Origin: a virus
Lineage: Duplodnaviria; Caudoviricetes
Virus record (IMG/VR): IMGVR_UViG_3300042347_000977
Coordinates: 1-53,480 of that record
Length of the DNA stretch: 53,480 nt
Strand: one strand, 5' to 3'
Shown: piece by piece, positions 45,900 to 53,480 of the stretch
Numbering within the stretch: position 1 is the first letter of the stretch
Layout: every line of letters starts with the position of its first letter
Notes under the pieces: generated by a model
Told to the model about the DNA's origin: nothing
Databases searched by the model: none
Seen by the model: the letters and a program-made list of their open reading frames with translations, nothing else
Program-made: the position numbers and the translations under genes

Positions 45900-45917
45900 G
45901 CCCACAACGCATGGCGG

Positions 45918-46229
45918 TCAACCGAGCTTCAATGCCATCGACCTCAACCACAGCGGCGAGGAGGCTGTGACCTTCAGATTCCACTGCTCCAAGGCCGGAG
46001 TGTAGGGGATTTCCTTTGGCTTCGGCACGGGCTTGGGCTTTTGAACTTTCGGATTCGGCTTTCTTCCTTCATCCTTCTTCCTTTTGACTTTCGGAAGCGG
46101 CGCGGCAGTCGGAGCTTCCAGCGTATAGGAGAGGTGAGCTTTCGCACACTTGCGCCTGCGCCACACACCGCCTTCGCGCGGACGGCTTTCGACCACGCGC
46201 GTATCGCCACCGCACTTCGGGCAATTCAT
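45918..46229 (-). CDS. NrdR-N-like zinc-ribbon protein
   Basis: MNCPKCGG.TRVVESR......RRRKC...H...T.E. Confidence 0.7.
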   Translation of the reverse strand: MNCPKCGGDTRVVESRPREGGVWRRRKCAKAHLSYTLEAPTAAPLPKVKRKKDEGRKPNPKVQKPKPVPKPKEIPYTPALEQWNLKVTASSPLWLRSMALKLG

Positions 46230-46414
46230 TTCGCCTTCCGACTCCGCCAAAAGGGAATCAATTTCGCATACAGATCGAGCTGATCCATTCCCCTCTCGCA
46301 GCAAGGGCAAATCGGCTCGCGTTGCCTCTGCTCGGGCGCATTACTCCGACGCCCCTTCATGCCGCAAGAGATGCAAGTGTATCGCCGCGAGGGCAGTGAA
46401 GCGTCATCGCTCAT
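46226..46414 (-). CDS. Small zinc-finger protein
   Basis: CISCG...CPCC; ATGA overlaps. Confidence 0.55.
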   Translation of the reverse strand: MSDDASLPSRRYTCISCGMKGRRSNAPEQRQREPICPCCERGMDQLDLYAKLIPFWRSRKAK

Positions 46415-46710
46415 TTCTTCACCGCCTCGTAGGCAGCGACCGCATTCCGCAAATCATAGATAAAACCCGCCGTAGGGGCGACATCCTTCCACGAAGGTTG
46501 ATCCCATCGCGCCACAAGGGCTTTCGCCTTCTCGGCCACGGCATCGGCCAGACGCCGCGCGTCGTCGCGCTCATCATTTTCCTCGGCGTAGTTGCAAATC
46601 TCATCGATCCAGATGCCGATTTCTCGCGGATCGGGCTGCGGGAGTTCCTCATCGCCCCGCCGCCATTTATTGTAGAGGCGAAGTTTTTTGATCGTTTCGT
46701 GCATTTTCAC
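46411..46710 (-). CDS. Hypothetical phage protein
   Basis: YNKWRRG......P.EIG..ID; coupled ORF. Confidence 0.6.
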   Translation of the reverse strand: MKMHETIKKLRLYNKWRRGDEELPQPDPREIGIWIDEICNYAEENDERDDARRLADAVAEKAKALVARWDQPSWKDVAPTAGFIYDLRNAVAAYEAVKK

Positions 46711-46967
46711 TTCACTTCCTCCAGTTTGATTTTGAAGCTCACGACGGGGACTTGCTGGAGTTTCTTCTTTTCCTCTACGATCAGAACCGGAGCCGCCCAG
46801 CTATGGTCTGGCCCGAGATTTTCCGGCTCGTTCCAGGATTCAAAGGAATCCCTTGCTTCGTCTTTCAGGCTCTTCTCCGCCTCGGCGATGGATTTGAACG
46901 GGCCACGCGCGGCGGCTGTGCCTTCGGCCATGCCGAATTGTTCGAGGTCGATGATCCAGTATCTCAT
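46707..46967 (-). CDS. Hypothetical phage protein
   Basis: 86 aa, coupled on both sides; GPF.S..EAE. Confidence 0.55.
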   Translation of the reverse strand: MRYWIIDLEQFGMAEGTAAARGPFKSIAEAEKSLKDEARDSFESWNEPENLGPDHSWAAPVLIVEEKKKLQQVPVVSFKIKLEEVK

Positions 46968-47623
46968 CTTGCCCCCTTCGGCTCCTCGTCCTTCTCAATC
47001 GTTTTCTTGAACCCCACATTTCCCGCGACATGGAAGACCACGATGCCTTCCGGTTTCATAAACCCCGGAGCGGCCTTGCTGCCGCCGATCATCAATTCAT
47101 CCAAAGCCATATCGCATTGCAGGACAGAAAACCGCCCCCTATGTAGCACCGGCACAAGGCCACAGCACTCAGGCAGAGGCTCTTGATACTTCTCAATGCG
47201 AGGATCGGCGGTCGGCACACGCTGCGGCTCCTGCCCGTGCAGGCACCAGCGCGACACATTGAAAAGGCTCCAGCGCCGCTCATTCAACCTGTAGTTGCGC
47301 TGAATGCCTCGCCCCCACCACTCGCCAAAGTGCCGCCCAAAACCCAAGCCGAAAAGCTCTTGAGCATGATCCCTCACCCACGCCGCGAAACCGAAATGGT
47401 CATCCTGCGGCGTGATGAACCGCAAGCGCGATCCGGCAAAGATCACCGCTGGCTCCCCACCACAATTCCCCTCCGCGATCACCAAGGGATCGGGATGCTT
47501 CGCCGTATAGAACCCCTCGGGGTTCCCCACGATATAGACCTGGGCATTCGTGCCGTCGATCTTCTCGGTCACGATCATCTCCCGCGACAAGCGCGGCATT
47601 TTCGGAAACTCTTGAAATTCCAT
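46964..47623 (-). CDS. RNA ligase, Rnl2-like nucleotidyltransferase
   Basis: F..FPK.PR, TEKIDGTN (motif I), FGEW, PVL..G, EGIVV, K. Confidence 0.85.
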   Translation of the reverse strand: MEFQEFPKMPRLSREMIVTEKIDGTNAQVYIVGNPEGFYTAKHPDPLVIAEGNCGGEPAVIFAGSRLRFITPQDDHFGFAAWVRDHAQELFGLGFGRHFGEWWGRGIQRNYRLNERRWSLFNVSRWCLHGQEPQRVPTADPRIEKYQEPLPECCGLVPVLHRGRFSVLQCDMALDELMIGGSKAAPGFMKPEGIVVFHVAGNVGFKKTIEKDEEPKGAR

Positions 47624-47629
47624 AGTTTT

Positions 47630-47809
47630 TTATTTTTTTTGAAACCAATAGGGGAAATGCCCGTAATCGCGTGGCTCGGTGACGCTTTTATGGCCGCCGC
47701 ACACATCGCATTGGCCGTAGTGCCAAGTCGAAACGCGATCCATCTTGGGCTTGGCTCCATGCTTCTCACCGCACTCTTGGCAAGCCCACCTGGGGTATTC
47801 TTTATTCAT
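47630..47809 (-). CDS. Small zinc-finger protein
   Basis: C.ECG...STWH.G.CDVCG....VTEPRDYG. Confidence 0.6.
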   Translation of the reverse strand: MNKEYPRWACQECGEKHGAKPKMDRVSTWHYGQCDVCGGHKSVTEPRDYGHFPYWFQKK

Positions 47810-48359
47810 GTTTTTTCCTTCGGAACATTCCATCCCGCCATTCCCATCCGGCGGCGACCAATCTCCTTGGATCAGCGGCATCGTCCTGTGGTATCTCCGA
47901 TTTCGGCTCGTCAACCTGCGGCGGCGACCAATCTTCTTGATCCGCCTTGGCCGCATTACACGCCTCGCAAGCCACCACGCAGTTCGACAAATGATCCAGC
48001 CCGCCCTTGGACTTCGGCACCACATGATCCACCGTGGCCTTGGGGCCGTCCCTGCCTGTAAAGCAAGTCTCCACACCACAATAGGCACACTGCCACCCAT
48101 CGCGATGAGCGAGCTTCATAATGCGCTTAGCACCCACAGGCGGCATGAGGATCTCGTAAGCCGAGGCCAGCTTGCGCCAGCGGCGGGCAGACTCCCGCTC
48201 TGCGTCGCGTTCAGTGCAAAGCTTTTGCACGGCCAACATATTTTCTGTCAGAAGGGTTGTATATTTTTCCCGCGCGTCGTCTCGCTCACGCTTCAACCTC
48301 TGATTCTCCAACACCAATTCGGTAATGGCCTCTTGCTGGGCTATTTTGATATCCATCAT
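47802..48359 (-). CDS. HNH endonuclease with N-terminal coiled coil
   Basis: RDGWQCAYCG..TVDHVVPKSKGG.D..SN.V.AC..CN..K. Confidence 0.9.
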   Translation of the reverse strand: MMDIKIAQQEAITELVLENQRLKRERDDAREKYTTLLTENMLAVQKLCTERDAERESARRWRKLASAYEILMPPVGAKRIMKLAHRDGWQCAYCGVETCFTGRDGPKATVDHVVPKSKGGLDHLSNCVVACEACNAAKADQEDWSPPQVDEPKSEIPQDDAADPRRLVAAGWEWRDGMFRRKKHE

Positions 48360-48591
48360 TTTGCTGCCTTCCACCTTTCAAGATGATATTGATCAAACCA
48401 TTTCCCAAACGCCTTCCAAACAGCCCTGCTTGGGTTCTGGCACTTGCGGTCTGACCCGTCTTTTCTGAGCCAAGTCGGCCAAGGTGCCGGTCAAAATCGA
48501 ACCTCCACACCCGCCCTTTTACAACGATCTCATTGTCAGGCGCATCGCAGACGCTGATGATCGTGGTTGGCGAAACTCGGATCGATTTCAC
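48356..48591 (-). pseudogene. Small phage gene with an apparent 1-nt deletion near 48478
   Basis: GTG at 48591 overlaps the upstream stop. Adding one C gives ...DRHLGPTWLRKDG...AVWKAF.KW...AAK*, whose stop overlaps the next ATG. Confidence 0.55.
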
Positions 48592-49175
48592 ACCTTGCCC
48601 TCCAACGCCGCTCTGGCAATGTTGCCCATTGCCCTCCAGCCTTCGTAAGTATCCTCGCCATCGACAAAGACATCTTCGATCTTCATCAACGCCTCCAACA
48701 TCTCTGTGCGCTCTTTTACTGCCAATGCAGCCATTCGTTTTGCCGATGAAACGCATTTGCCCATTTGGTCTAATTGGTTTCGACAGTCGGCAGCGGAGGC
48801 TTTTCTCGCTGCAATCGCTTCGTCCCGCTCGCGCTCTACTGAATCACTTTTTTGAATAAAGTAGTTTTTTGATTGGATGAGTTTTTCGACCATTTCAGTA
48901 ATCGAATAATCATGATCTCCATTTCCAATAGCCTCTCCGCTTTCGGATAGCGTCTTGCGAATGTTATTAATTTCCTGCCTCGCCTCGTCGCGCTTGCGCT
49001 TTGTCTGGTTGTGCGCCTCGCGCTCTCGTCGTAAATCTTTTCCTAAGTCACAAATTAAGGTCGGTGCGGATGAATTATTTGGAAAAATCTGTGTTCCGCA
49101 CCGATAAATGGTTATATTGCTTGGCGTGTCAGTTTCTTCTGGCTCTCCGCAATAAGGGCAGTTCGTGTCGCTCAT
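48588..49175 (-). CDS. Hypothetical coiled-coil phage protein
   Basis: CPYCG N-terminus, (E)RDEA(R) repeats. Confidence 0.6.
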   Translation of the reverse strand: MSDTNCPYCGEPEETDTPSNITIYRCGTQIFPNNSSAPTLICDLGKDLRREREAHNQTKRKRDEARQEINNIRKTLSESGEAIGNGDHDYSITEMVEKLIQSKNYFIQKSDSVERERDEAIAARKASAADCRNQLDQMGKCVSSAKRMAALAVKERTEMLEALMKIEDVFVDGEDTYEGWRAMGNIARAALEGKV

Positions 49176-49633
49176 TTTGCGCCCTCCTTCAGCGATGTAT
49201 CATCGGCGCACTCCCAGCATTTCTCGGCAGGTGTGCAAACGAGGCATTTCGTGTCCTCCTTTACAAAATCCAATACATCTTCTGGATGCTTGTTTGCAAA
49301 CTGCGGGAGGGTTGAAAGTAACCCAACCGCAATGCGTAGTTGCTGCCTCGCCTCGTCGCGCTCGCGTCTTGCCGTTTCAAGGTATTGTTCTTGAACCTTG
49401 TAAAGCTCGCGACGAAACTCCAAATCCTTATGTGCGGCATGAATAAGAGCGTCACCGAGCCGCGCGGTCACCTCATCCCGCTCGCGTTCCAGTCGGTTCA
49501 ATAACTCGACCAATGCCTTCGCCTCTTCCCCATGCTGGAGGTGATACCCATCATTAAACCCCCGCTCGTCCTTCCGGCGCACCCGCCACAAATGGTAGTA
49601 GCTGATGTCACAAAATGTTTCCCACTCACTCAT
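49172..49633 (-). CDS. Hypothetical coiled-coil phage protein
   Basis: ERERDE repeats; purine-rich leader. Confidence 0.6.
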   Translation of the reverse strand: MSEWETFCDISYYHLWRVRRKDERGFNDGYHLQHGEEAKALVELLNRLERERDEVTARLGDALIHAAHKDLEFRRELYKVQEQYLETARRERDEARQQLRIAVGLLSTLPQFANKHPEDVLDFVKEDTKCLVCTPAEKCWECADDTSLKEGAK

Positions 49634-49765
49634 AATCTTCCTTCTCTGTGTCCTCTATGGTTAAAAAAAATGAAGGGGGTCGCTTTTATGCGGTTACGAC
49701 CCTGGGGCTATGCTAACCAGCGCGAAACCCGCGCGCCGCCGCAATCCCATTTCCTCCAAAAATGT

Positions 49766-50311
49766 TCATCCCAGCAACTCGCGGAAACACGCCAGAGTAA
49801 GCAATGCGTCCTCCAGCGCGTTATGTTTCTCGCTCGTGCGACTCAAGCCGAGCGCACCCGCGATGCTGTCGAGCGAGAGCTTGGGGTTGCCATCCTTGCC
49901 GATTGCAAGCTCCAGCCCCTTCGTCTCATAGGCGAGCCATGCCGCTCCGCGAATATCGAGCGAACGGCCAGATTGCCACTTCAAGCCGCACCGCTTCGCC
50001 GCAGCGTCCAAAAACCCGAGGTCAAAGGCCACATTACAGCCAGCCACCATCGCCCCACGCCGAGCATCCATCCAGAGTTGAAAATCAGTCATCACCACCG
50101 ACTCGGCGCGGCCCGCATCGCGCAGGAAATCCAGCGTCAAGCCATTTACCTCCAAGGCTCCCGCCTCCACGATCCAATCCGCCGAAGGGCGTATGAGAGC
50201 GTGAAACGCCTCACCACTTTCCGCATCGACCGCCGCTATAGAGAGCAACGCATGGCGATCCGCCCGCAAGCCCCCTGTTTCCGTATCCACCACCACCATT
50301 TTTGTTTTCAT
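49766..50311 (-). CDS. DEDDh 3'-5' exonuclease (DnaQ-like)
   Basis: VVDTETGG, N..FD..FL, H.ALEDA. Confidence 0.9.
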   Translation of the reverse strand: MKTKMVVVDTETGGLRADRHALLSIAAVDAESGEAFHALIRPSADWIVEAGALEVNGLTLDFLRDAGRAESVVMTDFQLWMDARRGAMVAGCNVAFDLGFLDAAAKRCGLKWQSGRSLDIRGAAWLAYETKGLELAIGKDGNPKLSLDSIAGALGLSRTSEKHNALEDALLTLACFRELLG

Positions 50312-50601
50312 AAATCTTCGTCTTCCTCGCTCTCATCGCTGTCATCGCGCTCGGCGTTTTCCTCGGAGATGGCTCGCTCCAAGTATCCCTTCAACCCCTC
50401 CAGAGCCTCGGCGTAGGTATTGTATTCCTCCTCGATCCGCTCAAAGGTATATCCCTCATGCACGACCACATACACTTGCGGCAACCCATAGCTCCAGCGC
50501 GTCTCGACATACCAATGGCAGTCCCGATCCTTATGGTGCTCATCCCCGATGAGTTCATACCATTTCTCTGTCAGCCCTGTGATCTCGTCTTCGATTTTCA
50601 T
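50308..50601 (-). CDS. Hypothetical acidic protein
   Basis: 97 aa; HHKDRDCHW. Confidence 0.6.
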   Translation of the reverse strand: MKIEDEITGLTEKWYELIGDEHHKDRDCHWYVETRWSYGLPQVYVVVHEGYTFERIEEEYNTYAEALEGLKGYLERAISEENAERDDSDESEEDEDL

Positions 50602-50619
50602 TTTACTTCAAGTTTGCTG

Positions 50620-50802
50620 TCATCTCTCCCCGCGCTTCCGTGCCGCGATATACTCGGCAAGCCCCATCTGCCGAAGCGGGGGGACGGCCTCTGTGTCGTC
50701 CGCGATGGGCGGCTCGACAGGCAAGAGCGGACGCCTGAACTTTTCCCGCAAGGCATTGAAAAACAGCAGTCGCGAATCGACGGCGGGCTTATTTTTTTCC
50801 AT
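50620..50802 (-). CDS. Small hypothetical protein
   Basis: Fills the gap in the operon. Confidence 0.4.
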   Translation of the reverse strand: MEKNKPAVDSRLLFFNALREKFRRPLLPVEPPIADDTEAVPPLRQMGLAEYIAARKRGER

Positions 50803-50977
50803 AGGATTCCACATATTTTTTGATCCGCTCCAAGTCGGCCTCGGCCTTCTCGCGCCCCTCGGGCGTATCGGGGTAGCTCAACTCATAGCGGGGAAATGGC
50901 TTGTCCCTGTGCAAGCGCGGCCCCACGGCCACATCGTTCGCGCACAGCACCAGCCGAATTGAAAAGTCGATCTTCAT
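50789..50977 (-). CDS. Small hypothetical protein
   Basis: MKIDFSIRL...; start overlaps the kinase stop; GGGGAG upstream. Confidence 0.55.
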   Translation of the reverse strand: MKIDFSIRLVLCANDVAVGPRLHRDKPFPRYELSYPDTPEGREKAEADLERIKKYVESYGKK

Positions 50978-51492
50978 GTCTCCCCCAGGATGACCCGCGC
51001 CAAATTCTCCGGCGTCCCGTGGTTTGCAAATTCCGGCATCCACACCCCATCCAGCGCGCATTCCGAGAGATGCTCGCCAGCGCCTCCAGCCCCCTCGCGC
51101 CATATCCGCACAGGCACAAACCCCAGCGACCTCGCCGCTTCCAACTCGTTCGGGAAGCGGCAGTCATCCACCACGATCTTCGCCCCCACAGGCATCGCCT
51201 CGACCCGCCGCCGCCAAGCATCCACCCACAGCGACTCACCCAGCATCTGGCGACCCCACTCCGTGCCAAGACTTTGCATCGCCCAGCGCGGTGACTTGCC
51301 GCAGAGCAACTCGCTCGGCGCAGCCTTCTTGTCGCCCTCCAACTCAGCCACCCCCAAGCCCAGCACCCGCAGCATATCCTTGAGCGGATCTGCAAACTTC
51401 ACCACCGCATACCCATAGTCGCGCGCCAGCACCCGAGCCAAAGCCGACTTGCCAGCACCAGCCACTCCACACACACACAGACGGCCCGCCAT
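50974..51492 (-). CDS. Deoxynucleoside monophosphate kinase
   Basis: G.AGAGKS P-loop, FADPLK, PR..MQ.LGTEWGR, VVDD.RF.NE, H.SE. Confidence 0.9.
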   Translation of the reverse strand: MAGRLCVCGVAGAGKSALARVLARDYGYAVVKFADPLKDMLRVLGLGVAELEGDKKAAPSELLCGKSPRWAMQSLGTEWGRQMLGESLWVDAWRRRVEAMPVGAKIVVDDCRFPNELEAARSLGFVPVRIWREGAGGAGEHLSECALDGVWMPEFANHGTPENLARVILGET

Positions 51493-51494
51493 AT

Positions 51495-51641
51495 TTAATC
51501 TGCGGACTCGTCCGCTTTTGATTGCTTTCCTCCGTGCCCTCTGTGGTTAATATTCCCGCACTTGGGACAGGCAGACGGCGGCTGCCGCATCTCGCGCTCC
51601 AGCATCCGCACCTTGTCCTCACCTTCCAGTCGCTTTTCCAT
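51495..51641 (-). CDS. 48-aa hypothetical protein (below ORF-track cut-off)
   Basis: MEKRLEGEDKVRMLEREMRQPPSACPKCGNINHRGHGG...; ATTGAC 16 nt upstream. Confidence 0.45.
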   Translation of the reverse strand: MEKRLEGEDKVRMLEREMRQPPSACPKCGNINHRGHGGKQSKADESAD

Positions 51642-51658
51642 ACCCACCCGAAATCCTG

Positions 51659-51901
51659 TCAATGAATCCCAGCCGAGAAGTCCGGCACACCCCAGCTCGG
51701 CACATCCCGATTGCGCCGCTCATTGCGCACACGGATCGCCGCATGGAGCCGGTTCCGCACTTCGTCCAGGGACTTCTGGTAGCTCTTATCCGCGATGTTC
51801 TGCGAGAGATACACCGTCGCCTCCTGCTTCATGCGCGTGATCTCCGCATCCAACTCATCCCCCGCATAGTCGCGATAAATTTCCAACCAGTCCGTGCTCA
51901 T
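51659..51901 (-). CDS. Possible gpW-like head completion protein
   Basis: 80 aa helix-hairpin-helix pattern (EL..EI..M....SQ.I..KSY.K.L.E....L..A); GTTGAC 17 nt upstream. Confidence 0.45.
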   Translation of the reverse strand: MSTDWLEIYRDYAGDELDAEITRMKQEATVYLSQNIADKSYQKSLDEVRNRLHAAIRVRNERRNRDVPSWGVPDFSAGIH

Positions 51902-52082
51902 ATCCCCACACAGCAACAGTCAACGCCCCTCAAAAATCCTTATCGTAAGGATTTTCATCACCCCCTCTGATCAATTCCACGGACGGCTCAAAAACACACC
52001 ATTTTTCAATCGACGGAAATAAGCATAATTATACATAAGTAAACATCTAAAAAAGCCCGAAAAAGCGATTTTTTGTTACTTG

Positions 52083-52095
52083 TAAGTTATTGATT
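52083..52095 (-). promoter_or_regulatory. IHF-box consensus match
   Basis: AATCAATAACTTA matches WATCAANNNNTTR, in the AT-rich divergent intergenic region. Confidence 0.45.
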
Positions 52096-52123
52096 ATGAA
52101 TTTATTAAACTCGAAAAAATATC

Positions 52124-52151
52124 TTGTTTCCTTTTCGTTTTCTGGTATAGT
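52124..52151 (+). promoter_or_regulatory. Probable sigma70-type promoter for 52218..53261
   Basis: TTGTTT-N16-TATAGT with an extended -10 TGn. Confidence 0.5.
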
Positions 52152-52217
52152 GTTTTCAGTTGCTTGCACGACGCAAGTAACTGAAACGCAGTAACAAACA
52201 CAAACAAACGATAGAAA

Positions 52218-53261
52218 ATGAAACCACAAAATAACACGCAAGTAGTTGATCAGCAATATGTTCAGAACATTCGCGGAGCGGCGAAAAAGAGAAAAGCGGC
52301 GGAATTGCCACAATACAAAAAGGAGGATGTCCGCTCGCAACACCTTGAAAAGCAACGGCTTGAGATTGAAACCTATCTCATGGCCAATCCAAGTGAAGCG
52401 GATCGCGTAAATGACTTAAATACAACGGCTTGGAGAGTCGTCTGGCAGCGGGCGAAATACTTCACCTTCGGCGGAACCGCTTATCAGACAACGACTAAGA
52501 AAGGCGTTGCAAAGCAAATCAGCATCGGCAAGTATAACTCGTTGACTGACAAGCAGAAAGCGAAGTATCAGAAAATCGCTCGCGATGGCTCAGGGCAAAT
52601 CGTTGAGGCTCAACGCCTTATTGAAATGCACAACGCAGCATTGACTGGACTGATTGCTGGTCATAAAACATTGACGGGCAAGGTTTTAGAGCCTGGAATC
52701 AAAGCGGCCTCATCCGCCGCCGCTTCCGAGCTTCGCAGATCATTGCAAATGCCTCTCTTTGAGGATGTTGAGCAAGCCGAAAAATTCCATGAGAAAGCGT
52801 GGAAACTCCTTCGCACTGAGTTGCAACACTCTTGCGATGAACATGATACAGAGTATTTCAATCGCGATGAAATGGCAAAAATGCTACGCAAATGCAAAAA
52901 TCGTTTGCATCTCGCTTATCCTCAACGCTTTACTGACAAGCGCACATTCAACGCATGGGAAGCAAAAAGCAAACTCTTACGCAATACTGCCGCAAGTATT
53001 TGCAAGGGAATGTTTTCCGCACCGGAAAATAATTCATCGGAGCGAAAAGCGTTGGATAAACTTGCGGAAATCATGCAGAACACGCTGATTCCGAGTGACT
53101 TGCAAGACCTGCAAGATGGCGCGGTAGTGGAATTGCCGCAAAGCGTTGAATCCAAGCAAGTTAAAACTCAAGTCATTGAGATTGGAACCGGCTGGGCTTC
53201 AACTACTTATGCAAAAACCTTGAAGCGGCGCTTTCCGAAAATTGCCGCTAAGTTAGCGTAA
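52218..53261 (+). CDS. Hypothetical basic helical protein (347 aa), divergent transcription unit
   Basis: Long ORF with its own promoter, A/C-rich leader and terminator; no motif recognised. Confidence 0.75.
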   Translation: MKPQNNTQVVDQQYVQNIRGAAKKRKAAELPQYKKEDVRSQHLEKQRLEIETYLMANPSEADRVNDLNTTAWRVVWQRAKYFTFGGTAYQTTTKKGVAKQISIGKYNSLTDKQKAKYQKIARDGSGQIVEAQRLIEMHNAALTGLIAGHKTLTGKVLEPGIKAASSAAASELRRSLQMPLFEDVEQAEKFHEKAWKLLRTELQHSCDEHDTEYFNRDEMAKMLRKCKNRLHLAYPQRFTDKRTFNAWEAKSKLLRNTAASICKGMFSAPENNSSERKALDKLAEIMQNTLIPSDLQDLQDGAVVELPQSVESKQVKTQVIEIGTGWASTTYAKTLKRRFPKIAAKLA

Positions 53262-53276
53262 CAAGCGCAAAACATT

Positions 53277-53310
53277 GGCCCTCAACGCAATGCGTTGAGG
53301 GCCTTTTTTT
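53277..53310 (+). terminator. Intrinsic terminator
   Basis: ggccctcaacgca-a-tgcgttgagggcc-ttttttt. Confidence 0.85.
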
Positions 53311-53312
53311 GT

Positions 53313-53480
53313 TTCCTTCGCCATTTGATATATGGCGAGAGGGGAAGAGGTTCTTTCCTTCGCCATTTGATATATGGCGAGAGGGGAAGAGGTTCTTTCC
53401 TTCGCCATTTGATATATGGCGAGAGGGGAAGAGGTTCTTTCCTTCGCCATTTGATATATGGCGAGAGGGGAAGAGGTTCT
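53313..53480. repeat. Perfect 42-bp tandem repeat x4 (reaches the window end)
   Basis: Unit ttccttcgccatttgatatatggcgagaggggaagaggttct, with internal palindrome tcgccat-N7-atggcga. Confidence 0.95.

Noticed and set aside
47802-48359. Intron- or intein-associated homing endonuclease
   Set aside because: Free-standing ORF coupled to its neighbours, with no interrupted host gene.
53313-53480. CRISPR array
   Set aside because: Units abut with no unique spacers, and no cas genes are visible.

Overview
This window is most of the morphogenesis arm of a tailed dsDNA phage or prophage, read almost entirely on the minus strand. The host is possibly PVC-superphylum/Verrucomicrobia, inferred only from the SSB sequence style. 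In transcription order (right to left) it holds: a gpW-like gene; a block of nucleotide-metabolism and small accessory genes (dNMP kinase, DEDDh exonuclease, HNH, Rnl2-like ligase); a lambda-type portal; a prohead protease with nested scaffold; decoration protein; major capsid protein; an initiator-like tRNA-Met; ssb; neck and tail genes; tape measure; triplicated hub genes; a 2OG-Fe(II) oxygenase/SDR/SET enzyme trio; and tail fibres. No terminase, integrase or lysis gene was recognised. The main candidate for an undescribed system is about 11 kb of ORFs interleaved with the head genes (eight ORFs, including a 1692-aa protein). They are built from short basic or Gly-rich hydrophobic modules and enzyme domains: an R-S-E ADP-ribosyltransferase, an LRAT-like NlpC/P60 domain, an HExxH peptidase and a ParB-like module. 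About 25-30 copies of one short motif, (F/L)(S/A)A-x3-4-(L/V/I)(K/R/V)E(F/L), punctuate these ORFs, and the motif also occurs in the protease/scaffold. I infer capsid-packaged polyprotein cargo cut by the prohead protease. Other signals: a GTTGAC-N15-18-ATG motif before about 15 genes, a dispersed 9-mer-based DNA element translated in two frames, a candidate structured ncRNA inside a 31-bp inverted repeat, and a terminal 42-bp tandem repeat. All family calls are from motif recognition by eye; no searches were run.
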